Of a stretch of DNA of 64,000 nt, positions 12,729-21,496 are shown one piece after another. The position numbers and the translations under genes were made by a program. Positions within the stretch are counted from its first letter, which is position 1; every line of letters begins with the position of its first letter. The notes under the pieces are model-generated. The model saw only the letters and a program-made list of their open reading frames with translations. It made no database searches and was not told where the DNA came from. The DNA comes from Patescibacteria group bacterium (GTDB lineage: Bacteria > Patescibacteriota > Patescibacteriia > UBA1558 > S5-K13): contig JAQUXC010000003.1 in NCBI GenBank assembly GCA_028692545.1, positions 47,827-111,826 of the forward strand, written 5' to 3'.

Positions 12729-15116
12729 ATGAATAGATCATTAAAAAATGTTTTGTGGTTTGATGAAATATCTATAAAAGATGTTTCTATTGTTGGTGGA
12801 AAAAATGCATCTCTTGGAGAAATGTATAAAAATTTGAAAAAAAAGGGTGTTCCAGTTCCTTATGGATTTGCGATTACTGCAAATGCTTATAAGTATTTTT
12901 TGAAAAGTAATAATATTGATAAAAAAATAAAAGATGTTTTGAAAGGACTTGATACAGGGAATATTTCTGATTTAAAAAAAAGAGCAAAAGAAATAAGAGA
13001 AATAATTTTGAAAGCTGAATTTCCAGAAGATTTAAATGAGGAAATTTTGAAAGCATATTTAAGTTTAGCAAAATTTTACAAAAAAACGCCAATAAATTTG
13101 GATGTTGCTGTGAGATCTAGTGCTACAGCAGAGGATTTGCCAGATGCATCTTTTGCAGGTCAGCAAGAATCATATTTGAATATAACAGGTGAATATGCAT
13201 TACTTGAATCAGTAAAGCGATGTATGGCATCACTTTTTACAGATCGTGCTATTTCATATAGAGTGGACAAAAAATTTGATCACATGAAAATTGCACTTTC
13301 TGTTACAGTTCAAAAAATGGTAAGATCAGATTTGGCTTCATCAGGAGTAATGTTTTCTATTGATACAGAATCAGGTTTTCCTGATATTGTTGTAATAAAT
13401 GCCTCATATGGACTTGGAGAGTATGTTGTAAAAGGAGTTGTAAATCCAGATGAATATTATATTTACAAACCAACGCTTAAGAAAAAATTTAATTCTATAA
13501 TAGGAAAAGACGTTGGAGACAAGACAAAAAAATTAATTTATGCAACTGGTGGAACAAATAGTACTCAAAATGTAGATGTAGCTTTAAATGAAAGATTGAA
13601 ATTTGTATTAAAAGAAAATGAAATAATAAAACTTGCAAATTGGGCTGTAATTATAGAAAATCATTACAAAAAACCAATGGATATGGAATGGGCAAAAGAT
13701 GGAAAAACTGGAGAACTTTTTATAGTTCAAGCTCGTCCTGAGACAGTCGCATCACAAGAGAATAGAAGCATTTTGATAGAATATTTTATAAAGCAATGTC
13801 CAAAGCCAATTCTTGTAGGTCAATCTGTTGGAAAGAAAATAGGCCAAGGGATTTCTCATGTTATAAAAAATGTTGATGAATTATCCAATTTCAAAGAAAG
13901 AGAAGTTCTTGTTGCTGAGATGACAGACCCAGACTGGGAGCCAGTTATGAAAAAAGCTAGTGCAATTGTTACAAATTCAGGTGGCAGAACTTGTCATGCA
14001 GCTATTGTATCTCGTGAACTTGGAATTCCATGTGTAGTTGGTACAAAAAATGCAATGTCAAAATTAAAAAATGGACAAAAAATTACAGTAGATTGTTCTC
14101 TTGGAGAAGAAGGCTATGTTTATGATGGAATTATCCCATTTATAACAAAAAAGACAAACTTGAAAAATTTGAAATTACCTAAGAACGTAAAAATAATGAT
14201 GAATGTAGGAAATCCAAGGCAAGCATTTCGTGATTCTATGCTTCCAAATGATGGAGTAGGACTTGCAAGACAAGAATTTATTATTTCAAATTATATAAAA
14301 GTTCATCCTTTGGCACTTCTAAATTTTTCGCAAGTAAAAGATAAGTCTGAAAAAGAAATTATAAATAATTTGACTGTAAACTATAAATCAAAGCCAGATT
14401 TTTATGTAGAAAAATTAGCAGAAGGAGTTGCAAAAATAGCTTCTGCATTTTATCCAAAGGATGTAATAATTAGACTCTCAGATTTCAAATCAAATGAATA
14501 TGCAAATCTTATTGGTGGAAAATATTTTGAACCAGTTGAAGACAATCCTATGATAGGTTGGCGTGGAGCTTCACGCTATTATGATCCAAAATATGAACCA
14601 GCTTTTAGATTAGAGTGTAAAGCTCTCAAAAAAGTAAGAGATAATATGGGACTTACAAATGTAAAAATAATGATTCCATTCTGTCGTACTATAGAAGAAG
14701 GCAAAAAGGTTATAAAAATAATGGAAACTGAGGGACTAAAGCGAGGAGTAAATAGTTTAGAATTATATGTAATGTGTGAAATACCATCAAATGTAATTTT
14801 GGCAAATGAGTTTTGTAAAATTTTTGATGGATTTTCAATTGGTTCAAATGATCTTACCCAGCTTACATTGGGAGTAGATAGAGATTCAAGCGTTGTTTCT
14901 CATATTTATGATGAGAGGAATGAAGCTGTAAAAGAGCTTATCAGACAAGTTATAAGGATTGCAAAGAAAAACAAGAGAAAAGTAGGTATTTGTGGGCAAG
15001 CGCCATCTGATTTTCCTGATTTTGCAAAGTTTTTGGTAAAAGAGCATATTGATAGTATGTCTCTTGTACCGGACTCAGTAGTAAATACTATATTACAGCT
15101 CAAAAAGATGAGATAA
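12729..15116 (+). CDS. ppsA: phosphoenolpyruvate synthase (pyruvate, water dikinase)
   Basis: 795 aa; N-terminal PEP-utilising ATP-grasp region (VSIVGGKNASLGEM); phosphohistidine swivel domain GGRTCHAAIVSRELGIPCVVG; C-terminal TIM-barrel with ICGQAPSD. Confidence 0.9.
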   Translation: MNRSLKNVLWFDEISIKDVSIVGGKNASLGEMYKNLKKKGVPVPYGFAITANAYKYFLKSNNIDKKIKDVLKGLDTGNISDLKKRAKEIREIILKAEFPEDLNEEILKAYLSLAKFYKKTPINLDVAVRSSATAEDLPDASFAGQQESYLNITGEYALLESVKRCMASLFTDRAISYRVDKKFDHMKIALSVTVQKMVRSDLASSGVMFSIDTESGFPDIVVINASYGLGEYVVKGVVNPDEYYIYKPTLKKKFNSIIGKDVGDKTKKLIYATGGTNSTQNVDVALNERLKFVLKENEIIKLANWAVIIENHYKKPMDMEWAKDGKTGELFIVQARPETVASQENRSILIEYFIKQCPKPILVGQSVGKKIGQGISHVIKNVDELSNFKEREVLVAEMTDPDWEPVMKKASAIVTNSGGRTCHAAIVSRELGIPCVVGTKNAMSKLKNGQKITVDCSLGEEGYVYDGIIPFITKKTNLKNLKLPKNVKIMMNVGNPRQAFRDSMLPNDGVGLARQEFIISNYIKVHPLALLNFSQVKDKSEKEIINNLTVNYKSKPDFYVEKLAEGVAKIASAFYPKDVIIRLSDFKSNEYANLIGGKYFEPVEDNPMIGWRGASRYYDPKYEPAFRLECKALKKVRDNMGLTNVKIMIPFCRTIEEGKKVIKIMETEGLKRGVNSLELYVMCEIPSNVILANEFCKIFDGFSIGSNDLTQLTLGVDRDSSVVSHIYDERNEAVKELIRQVIRIAKKNKRKVGICGQAPSDFPDFAKFLVKEHIDSMSLVPDSVVNTILQLKKMR

Positions 15117-15146
15117 TTGTATAATTTTTATGCACAAAACGCGTTA

Positions 15147-15178
15147 TTGACTAATTTGACTATATTGTGTAGTATAAT
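15147..15178 (+). promoter_or_regulatory. candidate promoter for the small downstream gene
   Basis: ttgact elements followed by tgtgtagtataat (TATAAT at 15173-15178). The spacing to a -35 box is imperfect. Confidence 0.3.
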
Positions 15179-15209
15179 AATTAGAAAAAATGCTCGCACG
15201 GGAGGAAAA

Positions 15210-15392
15210 ATGTGCAAAACTAAAGATGAAAGAACTAATCGAAAAGGAACCTATCTTGGTAAACAAGGAAGAGGTGGTCGTGGTATTTATTCACGTACAG
15301 GAAAAAAGTCAGATAATGTCATCACAGAAGAAACCTCAAATGATTCCGGTGGAATCAAAGAACCGACAGAAACGGAGCCAATAAGAACCTGA
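15210..15392 (+). CDS. small basic Gly/Arg-rich protein (60 aa), hypothetical
   Basis: One of the few ORFs here with a strong SD (GGGAGGaaaaATG). Sequence MCKTKDERTNRKGTYLGKQGRGGRGIYSRTGKK..., acidic C-terminus, followed by a strong terminator. The 6-frame track shows a longer 91-aa version whose upstream part is likely non-coding. Confidence 0.4.
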   Translation: MCKTKDERTNRKGTYLGKQGRGGRGIYSRTGKKSDNVITEETSNDSGGIKEPTETEPIRT

Positions 15393-15425
15393 ATGCTCGC
15401 TTCGATTTCTATATAGATTTTTAAT

Positions 15426-15458
15426 GAGCCCCAACATTGCGTTGGGGTCTCTTTTTTT
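15426..15458. terminator. bidirectional rho-independent terminator
   Basis: gagccccaac-attgc-gttggggtctc followed by tttttttat. It sits between the small + ORF and the convergent CoA-binding gene. Confidence 0.75.
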
Positions 15459-15834
15459 ATTTATCTAGTTGAATTGGGTTGTTTTTTATTATACAAGCAT
15501 TACTTATATAATTTATATTGTTATCTTTGCAAATTTGTATCAATTTTTCATTCTCTGCTCCTGGTTGGAGCCAAACATTTTTTATATCTAAATTTATCAC
15601 GTCTTGTAATATTTTTTCTCCAATTTCTGGTGGTAGGACAAATATTACCCAATCAATTTTTTGGTTTATTTCAGTAATATTTTTATAAATTTTTTGGTTT
15701 AGAATTTCTGTAGCTTTTGGGTTTATTCCAAAAACTTTATAATTAGAGTCTAGTAAATGTTTAAATACTTTGTATCCATATTTATTTTCATCTGTAGAAA
15801 CTCCAACAACTGCAAAAATTGTGTTTTTGTTCAT
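15457..15834 (-). CDS. CoA-binding domain protein (YccU/YneT-like)
   Basis: 125 aa; MNKNTIFAVVGVSTDENKYGYKVFKHLL...VWLQPGAENE typical of the PF13380 Rossmann-like CoA-binding family. Confidence 0.8.
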   Translation of the reverse strand: MNKNTIFAVVGVSTDENKYGYKVFKHLLDSNYKVFGINPKATEILNQKIYKNITEINQKIDWVIFVLPPEIGEKILQDVINLDIKNVWLQPGAENEKLIQICKDNNINYISNACIIKNNPIQLDK

Positions 15835-15835
15835 A
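15777..15835. repeat. 59-bp direct repeat, copy 1 (true 5' end of the CoA-binding gene)
   Basis: catatttattttcatctgtagaaactccaacaactgcaaaaattgtgtttttgttcata; identical except one base to 17074..17132. Confidence 0.85.
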
Positions 15836-15864
15836 TGATTAATTTTATTTTGAATTGTTAATAT

Positions 15865-17112
15865 TTAACAACTAACAACTTCGGTATTTTTATAAATACC
15901 TGATTTGTATTTACGAACTATATATAAATACAGTGGAAAAAGTATCGCAATAAAAATAATTCCTGAATATAAAAATCCATACTGATAAGATATTCTCTCA
16001 ATCATGAAACCAATACTGAAGCTTGAAATTGCAGAGACGATCTGACTAATTTGTGGACCAGTTGATAATAATGTAGCTTTGAATTTACTAGATTTAATAA
16101 TATCAAGTTGATAGCCTTCATCAACTTTACTTAGTCCCCATTGAAATGCATTTATGGTGATAAAAACGATTACAACAACCCACCAATTTGATATTGTTCC
16201 CAAAACAAGAATGAGAAGAGTATAAATTATAAGTTGGAATCTGTAAAAAGAAGGTAGTGTAATATATTTTTTAATTTTTCCACCATAGGCAAGCATGAGA
16301 GAAGCGAAGATTCTTCCTATGCCGAAAAATACTCCATACCAAATTATAGGTATTTCAAGAAATGCTTGATATGGGGAACGGAATCCGTTAATACTAAATA
16401 ATGTTCCACTAATAATTCCTGAAAACAAGGCGATGCTAAAAAAGTTGAGACGATAGCCTTCTTGTAATATTTGTTTAAAATTTGTTGTCCCAATTTCTTC
16501 AATGTGTTCTTGCAAAACAGGGGGTACTACCAAAGAAATAGCGATCAATAATCCAATTACATCAAAAATAATGGCAATGAGAAATGGTGTTTTATAACTT
16601 ATACTTATTAAAAATGGTATTAGCACCATAAATATAATTGGAACGGCAAATCCTATAGAACTGATTTTTCCCATTACTTTTGTGTAGTCGTGTTCTCTTT
16701 TAAGTCCTTGTAAAGTTTCGTGCATAAAAGCACTGCCTGTGCCACTTTGAAAAGCAGCACTCGCACTCAAAAAAATTGCGCCAAGTATCAATAATATTAT
16801 GTTATTTGCAACAAGAAAAAATATTGTTGACATCAACATCAATATTCGAGAGACAACTAGTGTTAATTTGTGTCCGATTTTATCAGACATGTATCCACTA
16901 GGAATTTCAAAAATAAAACCAGAAAGACTTCCTGCGAGTAGAATAGTTCCTATTATTTTTGGTGTTACATCGGGTATGGTTAGGTAATATGCTCCCAAAA
17001 CCGCAACAAAAATTCTTTTGTTGACTATTAACAATAAGGTATATTTCCAAATATTATTTTGTAAATTTTTTTTCATATTTATTTTCATCTGTAGAAACTC
17101 CAACAACTGCAA
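15865..17112 (-). CDS. MFS transporter
   Basis: 415 aa, ~12 TM segments. The likely true start is the MKKNLQNN methionine at 17074-17076; the track's N-terminal extension reads through the duplicated segment in another frame. Confidence 0.75.
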   Translation of the reverse strand: MQLLEFLQMKINMKKNLQNNIWKYTLLLIVNKRIFVAVLGAYYLTIPDVTPKIIGTILLAGSLSGFIFEIPSGYMSDKIGHKLTLVVSRILMLMSTIFFLVANNIILLILGAIFLSASAAFQSGTGSAFMHETLQGLKREHDYTKVMGKISSIGFAVPIIFMVLIPFLISISYKTPFLIAIIFDVIGLLIAISLVVPPVLQEHIEEIGTTNFKQILQEGYRLNFFSIALFSGIISGTLFSINGFRSPYQAFLEIPIIWYGVFFGIGRIFASLMLAYGGKIKKYITLPSFYRFQLIIYTLLILVLGTISNWWVVVIVFITINAFQWGLSKVDEGYQLDIIKSSKFKATLLSTGPQISQIVSAISSFSIGFMIERISYQYGFLYSGIIFIAILFPLYLYIVRKYKSGIYKNTEVVSC

Positions 17113-17132
17113 AAATTGTATTTTTGTTCATA
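17074..17132. repeat. 59-bp direct repeat, copy 2 (duplicated 5' fragment of the CoA-binding gene upstream of the MFS gene)
   Basis: 58/59 identical to 15777..15835. It encodes MNKNTIFAVVGVSTDENKY on the minus strand without a continuing ORF. Confidence 0.85.
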
Positions 17133-17144
17133 ATAGTTTTTAGC

Positions 17145-17876
17145 TTATACTTTAAATGTGGTAATTATTGATATTTTTCGATGCATAACAATAAATTCAT
17201 CTACTGATTCAGTTTCATAAAAATCTTTTAACTCTTTTAACATTTCTGGCTTCTTATTTTCAGGAACTATATTCCATAAGCTTAAGGATTTAACTAGTGT
17301 TAATGCATCGTTAACTGTATATTTCTCATCAAAGTCAAAAACTTTTTCTTCAATATTAGAAAAGCCAGATTTAATTAGGAATTCTCTTTTAAAGTGATTT
17401 TTAGTACTATCAAAATAATCACCGGCATATTTTTTATAAATTGAACAGTAACCATTATTATTTTCACTACTGACTTTTAAAATAGCAAAAAAGATACCAC
17501 CAATTTTTAGGACTCTTTTTATTTCAGTTAAAGATTTATCATTATTAAACCAATGGAAAGAATTAAAAGCGGTAACAATATCAAACTGTTCTGATTTAAA
17601 AGGAAGTGCTTCTGTTGCTGCGACAAAATAGGGTATTGTGGAATTATGTTGTATAGCAATTTTAATCATAGTCTCGTCTTTGTCTGCTCCAGTTACTTCA
17701 AAGTGACGTTTTTTTAATTGACGCGTTGAGATACCAGTTCCACACCCGATATCAAGAGTTATTTGGTTATTATTTTTTATAAAAGACTTAATATATTCAA
17801 ATACCTCATCAGGATATCCTTTTCTAGAGACATCATAATCAGCACCCATTGGACCAAAGTTATTTTGATTAATCAT
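17145..17876 (-). CDS. class I SAM-dependent methyltransferase
   Basis: 243 aa; motif I LDIGCGTGISTRQL; acidic-loop motif and FNSFHWF. Confidence 0.8.
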   Translation of the reverse strand: MINQNNFGPMGADYDVSRKGYPDEVFEYIKSFIKNNNQITLDIGCGTGISTRQLKKRHFEVTGADKDETMIKIAIQHNSTIPYFVAATEALPFKSEQFDIVTAFNSFHWFNNDKSLTEIKRVLKIGGIFFAILKVSSENNNGYCSIYKKYAGDYFDSTKNHFKREFLIKSGFSNIEEKVFDFDEKYTVNDALTLVKSLSLWNIVPENKKPEMLKELKDFYETESVDEFIVMHRKISIITTFKV

Positions 17877-17948
17877 TTAATATGTAATTAATAATTATAT
17901 TACATTTTGATTAATATATATAAACAAGATTTTGCATTTAAATTATTT

Positions 17949-18037
17949 TGGCGGAAGGGGCGAGATTCGAACTCGCGAGGGTTTGCACCCTACCCGCTTT
18001 CCAAGCGAGCGCACTAGGCCAACTATGCGACCCTTCC
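17949..18037 (-). tRNA. tRNA-Ser (anticodon GGA), class II with long variable arm
   Basis: Minus-strand read GGAAGGG-TC-GCAT..; anticodon stem/loop CTCGC-TTGGAAA-GCGGG; variable arm GGGTGCAAACCC; T arm GCGAG-TTCGAAT-CTCGC; acceptor 3' CCCTTCC-G-CCA; 89 nt. Confidence 0.85.
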
Positions 18038-18292
18038 AATTATTTCGTTTGTATCTTTTAACAAAAATTTTAATCGATCTCTACCCTTACCAGACTTTAA
18101 AAATTTTTCTTCACTTCTCGCATCAACACTGGATAAAAAAACTTCATAATATATTAATTTCCAAGGAATACCTTTTGATGTAAATTTACTTAATCCAGAA
18201 TTATGTTTTTTTAGCCGACCGTTCAAATTACTAGAATAACCAATATAATGTTTTCTTAATTTATTGCTATATATTATATATACATAAAACAT
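18023..18292 (-). CDS. GIY-YIG nuclease family protein (UPF0213-like), 89 aa
   Basis: MFYVYIIYSNKLRKHYIGYSSNLNGRLKKHN is a GIY-(x10)-YIG motif. The stop codon lies inside the 5' end of tRNA-Ser. The track's N-terminal extension (MEGSHIRPRRTRLGRGG) is GC-rich tRNA-like sequence and probably not translated. Confidence 0.7.
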   Translation of the reverse strand: MFYVYIIYSNKLRKHYIGYSSNLNGRLKKHNSGLSKFTSKGIPWKLIYYEVFLSSVDARSEEKFLKSGKGRDRLKFLLKDTNEIIGRVA

Positions 18293-18310
18293 ATATTTTA
18301 TAATAATTAT

Positions 18311-18364
18311 TAGGCCACCCCGCCCGAGGCGGGTTCGCCTTGGGCGAATATGCGACCCTTCCAA
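18311..18364 (-). repeat. GC-rich segment: duplicated 5' fragment of tRNA-Ser (GGAAGGGTCGCATA) plus two GC hairpins
   Basis: tatgcgacccttccaa at 18349..18364 is an exact 16-bp repeat of 18024..18039 (the tRNA 5' end). It is followed on the minus strand by hairpins TTCGCC-caag-GGCGAA and CCCGCC-tcg-GGCGGG. Confidence 0.5.
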
Positions 18365-18472
18365 ATTACTAGTATAATCATATTTTATAAAATAAAAAAA
18401 GGCAAGTATTTGGTGTTTATTGGATTTTTTATATTTGTGATAAAATAAGGTAAATAATTAAAAATTCAAAAT

Positions 18473-19060
18473 ATGCTCGAGAATTTAAAATATTTAGTCT
18501 TTGTGGGTGTAATAGTTCAATTGATTGGAGTATCTTTTTATATAAATAATACTTTGAAAGGTACTACAAAGCCAAATAGAGTTACTTGGCTTTTGTGGTC
18601 TATAGCTCCACTTATTGCTACATTTGCAGCATTTTCTGATGGTGTAAGATTGTCAGTTGTTCCTGTCTTTATGTCAGGTTTTGCGCCACTTCTAGTCTTT
18701 TTGGCATCTTTTGTAAACAAAAATTCATATTGGAAATTGGAAAAGTTTGATTATGTATGTGGATTTTTTTCTGTTGTTGCACTTCTATTATGGTGGATAA
18801 CAAAAAATCCAGTTGTTGCTATAATTTTTGCTATAATAAGTGATTTTTTTGCAGCTATTCCAACACTCATAAAATCATGGAAATATCCAGAGACAGAAAC
18901 TGTTAATATTTTTATTTGTGCAATATTCAATGCACTTACAAGTTTTGTAGCAATTAGTATATGGAATTTTGTAGCTCTTGCTTTTCCTATATATTTGTTG
19001 ATTTTTAATATTTTTATATCAATCTTGATTTTAAGAAAGAAAATTTTTAAAAGATTTTGA
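18473..19060 (+). CDS. hypothetical polytopic membrane protein
   Basis: 195 aa, ~6 TM helices. Confidence 0.4.
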   Translation: MLENLKYLVFVGVIVQLIGVSFYINNTLKGTTKPNRVTWLLWSIAPLIATFAAFSDGVRLSVVPVFMSGFAPLLVFLASFVNKNSYWKLEKFDYVCGFFSVVALLLWWITKNPVVAIIFAIISDFFAAIPTLIKSWKYPETETVNIFICAIFNALTSFVAISIWNFVALAFPIYLLIFNIFISILILRKKIFKRF

Positions 19061-19076
19061 ATTTAAATATTAATAT

Positions 19077-19619
19077 ATGAAAAAAATAATTTTGCCAAAA
19101 AGATTAAGTAGAGATATTATTTACAAGAGTCCTTGGATTAATCTTTATACTGATAAAATTTTATTTCCATCTGGAAAAATTATAGAAAAATATCATTTTT
19201 TGGATTATATAAAAGGATCTGTAGTTATTTTATTACAAAATACTAAAAAAGAAATATTATTTATAGAATCTTTACGTTATACAGCTCAAAGAATAGAATT
19301 AGAATTGCCAGCAGGGCATATTGAAGAAGGGGAAAGTATATTAAAAACAGCGAAAAGAGAAGTTGAGGAAGAAACAGGGTATATGACAAAAGATTTAAAA
19401 ATCGTATATAGTTTTAATCCTTCAAATGCAATATCTAATCAAGTTGTACATGTTGTATTTGGGAAAATCAGTGATAAATTACAAAAAAGTTTTGACACGG
19501 ATGAGGTAAAGAATGTAAAATGGATTTCCAAAACTGAGATTAAAAAATTAATAAAACAAAAAAAGATAAAGTGTGGTGTATCTTTGATACCAATTTTATT
19601 GTATTTAGCAGAAATATAA
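19077..19619 (+). CDS. NUDIX hydrolase
   Basis: Nudix box GHIEEGESILKTAKREVEEETGY (GX5EX7REUXEEXGU). Confidence 0.8.
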   Translation: MKKIILPKRLSRDIIYKSPWINLYTDKILFPSGKIIEKYHFLDYIKGSVVILLQNTKKEILFIESLRYTAQRIELELPAGHIEEGESILKTAKREVEEETGYMTKDLKIVYSFNPSNAISNQVVHVVFGKISDKLQKSFDTDEVKNVKWISKTEIKKLIKQKKIKCGVSLIPILLYLAEI

Positions 19620-19642
19620 AATCTAATATAATTATATAATTT

Positions 19643-20323
19643 ATGAAAAAAAATCAAAAACATATTATAATATTTTCTCATGGATTTGGAGTTTTGAAAG
19701 ATGATAGGGGATTGTTTACTGAACTATCCAAAGGTTTTTTGCAAGATAAAATTGAATCAGTAATGTTTGATTATAATGAAATTGATTATGATAAAAAAGA
19801 AATTACTGTAAAACCATTTAGTGAACAAGCAAAAATATTACAAAAGGTTATCAATGAAACAGTAAAAGATAATCCAGATTCTATAATTGATATAATTACT
19901 CATTCTCAAGGAGCAGTAATGGTTGCACTTGCAAAATTAGAAGGAATAAGAAGCGTTATAATATTAGCGCCATTTTTTTATACTGATATTCACAATATAA
20001 TGGAAAGATATACAAAAAATTCTTCAAATGAAATAAATTTTAGTGGCACTTCAAAACGTTTACGAAGCGATGGTACTACAACTATAATTCCAGCAAGTTA
20101 TTGGACAGAGCGTTTTGCTACTGATATATACAAGTTGTATAATGACCTTGCATTAACTACAGATTTGACTATTATTAATGCAGGAGAAGATGAAATTATG
20201 GATAAACGTGATCTTTCTAAAATTTTCAATGCAAAAATTATAAATATTCATGGAAATCATGATTTTTCTGGAGAAAGTAGAAAAAATTTAGTAAGTTTTG
20301 TTGAAGATATTATTATTAAGTAA
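19643..20323 (+). CDS. alpha/beta hydrolase fold protein
   Basis: Nucleophile elbow ITHSQGAV (GxSxG-like) and HGNHDF near the C-terminus; 226 aa. Confidence 0.55.
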   Translation: MKKNQKHIIIFSHGFGVLKDDRGLFTELSKGFLQDKIESVMFDYNEIDYDKKEITVKPFSEQAKILQKVINETVKDNPDSIIDIITHSQGAVMVALAKLEGIRSVIILAPFFYTDIHNIMERYTKNSSNEINFSGTSKRLRSDGTTTIIPASYWTERFATDIYKLYNDLALTTDLTIINAGEDEIMDKRDLSKIFNAKIINIHGNHDFSGESRKNLVSFVEDIIIK

Positions 20324-20331
20324 ATAAACTT

Positions 20332-21117
20332 ATGCCAAATAATTTTGAAAATCCATATAGCATGGCAGATAGAGTAGAAAATTTGAGAGAAAATGATACT
20401 CCCTATGAGGATTCTGTTGTACATTTAGCAAATGAGGAAAATAAGATTAGAGATGATTTAAAAGAAAGAGGTTTAGAAGATAAAGAACTTGTTGATTATT
20501 TATCAGATAAATTTTCTACAGAAATTTTACAAAAAATGGAAGCACAAAAGGATGTGTATATAGATGTTTTGACTGGTTTTGAAAATAGAAAAGCTCTTGT
20601 AGAAAATTTACCAAAACTTCTTAGTTTTGAAAAAAGAAACAACAGAGATTGTGCTCTTTTTATGCTAGATTTAGATCATTTTAAATCTGTAAATGATACA
20701 TATGGTCATGATGCAGGAGATGTTGTTTTGAAAAAAATTACTGAAGTTATAAAAAAAACACTTAGACAATCAGATTTTACATTTAGATACGGAGGGGAAG
20801 AATTTGTTATTTTTCTTATGGATTTAGATGTTGATAAAGCACATATTGTAGCAGAAAAAATTAGAGAAGAAATAAAGAAGACAGAAATAAGATTTAAAGA
20901 TAATGAAGATAAAGATATTACCTTAAAAAAGACAGTAAGTATTGGTTGTGTGGACACAGGAGATATTTTAAATTGGCAAGAAGATCATGATAATATTGAT
21001 ATGAAAGATGTTATGAAAGATCTTATAAAAAAAGCAGATAGAGCCTTATATGAATCAAAAGAAACAGGTAGAGATAAAATTACCATTTATAAAGATTTAG
21101 AAAAAAATAGAGTTTGA
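20332..21117 (+). CDS. GGDEF-domain diguanylate cyclase
   Basis: Active-site RYGGEEFVIF with upstream DxFKxVND; 261 aa. Confidence 0.8.
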   Translation: MPNNFENPYSMADRVENLRENDTPYEDSVVHLANEENKIRDDLKERGLEDKELVDYLSDKFSTEILQKMEAQKDVYIDVLTGFENRKALVENLPKLLSFEKRNNRDCALFMLDLDHFKSVNDTYGHDAGDVVLKKITEVIKKTLRQSDFTFRYGGEEFVIFLMDLDVDKAHIVAEKIREEIKKTEIRFKDNEDKDITLKKTVSIGCVDTGDILNWQEDHDNIDMKDVMKDLIKKADRALYESKETGRDKITIYKDLEKNRV

Positions 21118-21129
21118 TATGGAGGATTT

Positions 21130-21402
21130 ATGAGTAAACATGTTGAGAGAATTGGGGAAATTGGGGAAGAAATCAGTATAGAATTTGATCCAGTAAACGT
21201 ATTTGCTATAAGGTATTTTTGCAAAACAAAAGATGGATTTGCAATTCGTGATATTGGATTTCATAATTCAACTGAAAAAGGAATGATCTATTTTAGAATA
21301 TGTCTAGTAGGTTGTTGTTTTGGAAGTTGTGGTACAAAAATTATTCGTATTTCTGAAGAAGATTATAAAGATTCCTGCAACAAAGAACGTGTGAATATAT
21401 AA
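21130..21402 (+). CDS. hypothetical protein
   Basis: 90-aa ORF following the GGDEF gene, then a terminator. Confidence 0.3.
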   Translation: MSKHVERIGEIGEEISIEFDPVNVFAIRYFCKTKDGFAIRDIGFHNSTEKGMIYFRICLVGCCFGSCGTKIIRISEEDYKDSCNKERVNI

Positions 21403-21427
21403 AAGGTTCCTAAGAGGAACCTTTTAA
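21403..21427 (+). terminator. rho-independent terminator
   Basis: aaggttcc-taaga-ggaacctt then tt..cttt. Confidence 0.5.
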
Positions 21428-21496
21428 CTTTCTGTATTTTTTGTTTTGCTTATAATTTGGTAAAATAAGTATTGTAATAAGTTAAATAATATTTTT

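Noticed and set aside
15117-15392. 91-aa version of the small ORF (and the overlapping 15190..15384 frame)
   Set aside because: The upstream 31 codons overlap the promoter-like region and lack a start context. The internal ATG at 15210 has a strong SD, so the 60-aa form is preferred. The 15190 frame has no SD and a Lys/Glu low-complexity product.
18293-18364. N-terminal extension of the GIY-YIG ORF (MEGSHIRPRRTRLGRGG..., TTG start)
   Set aside because: It is GC-rich tRNA-derived hairpin sequence with atypical codon composition and a non-ATG start. The conserved GIY-YIG domain begins at the internal Met.
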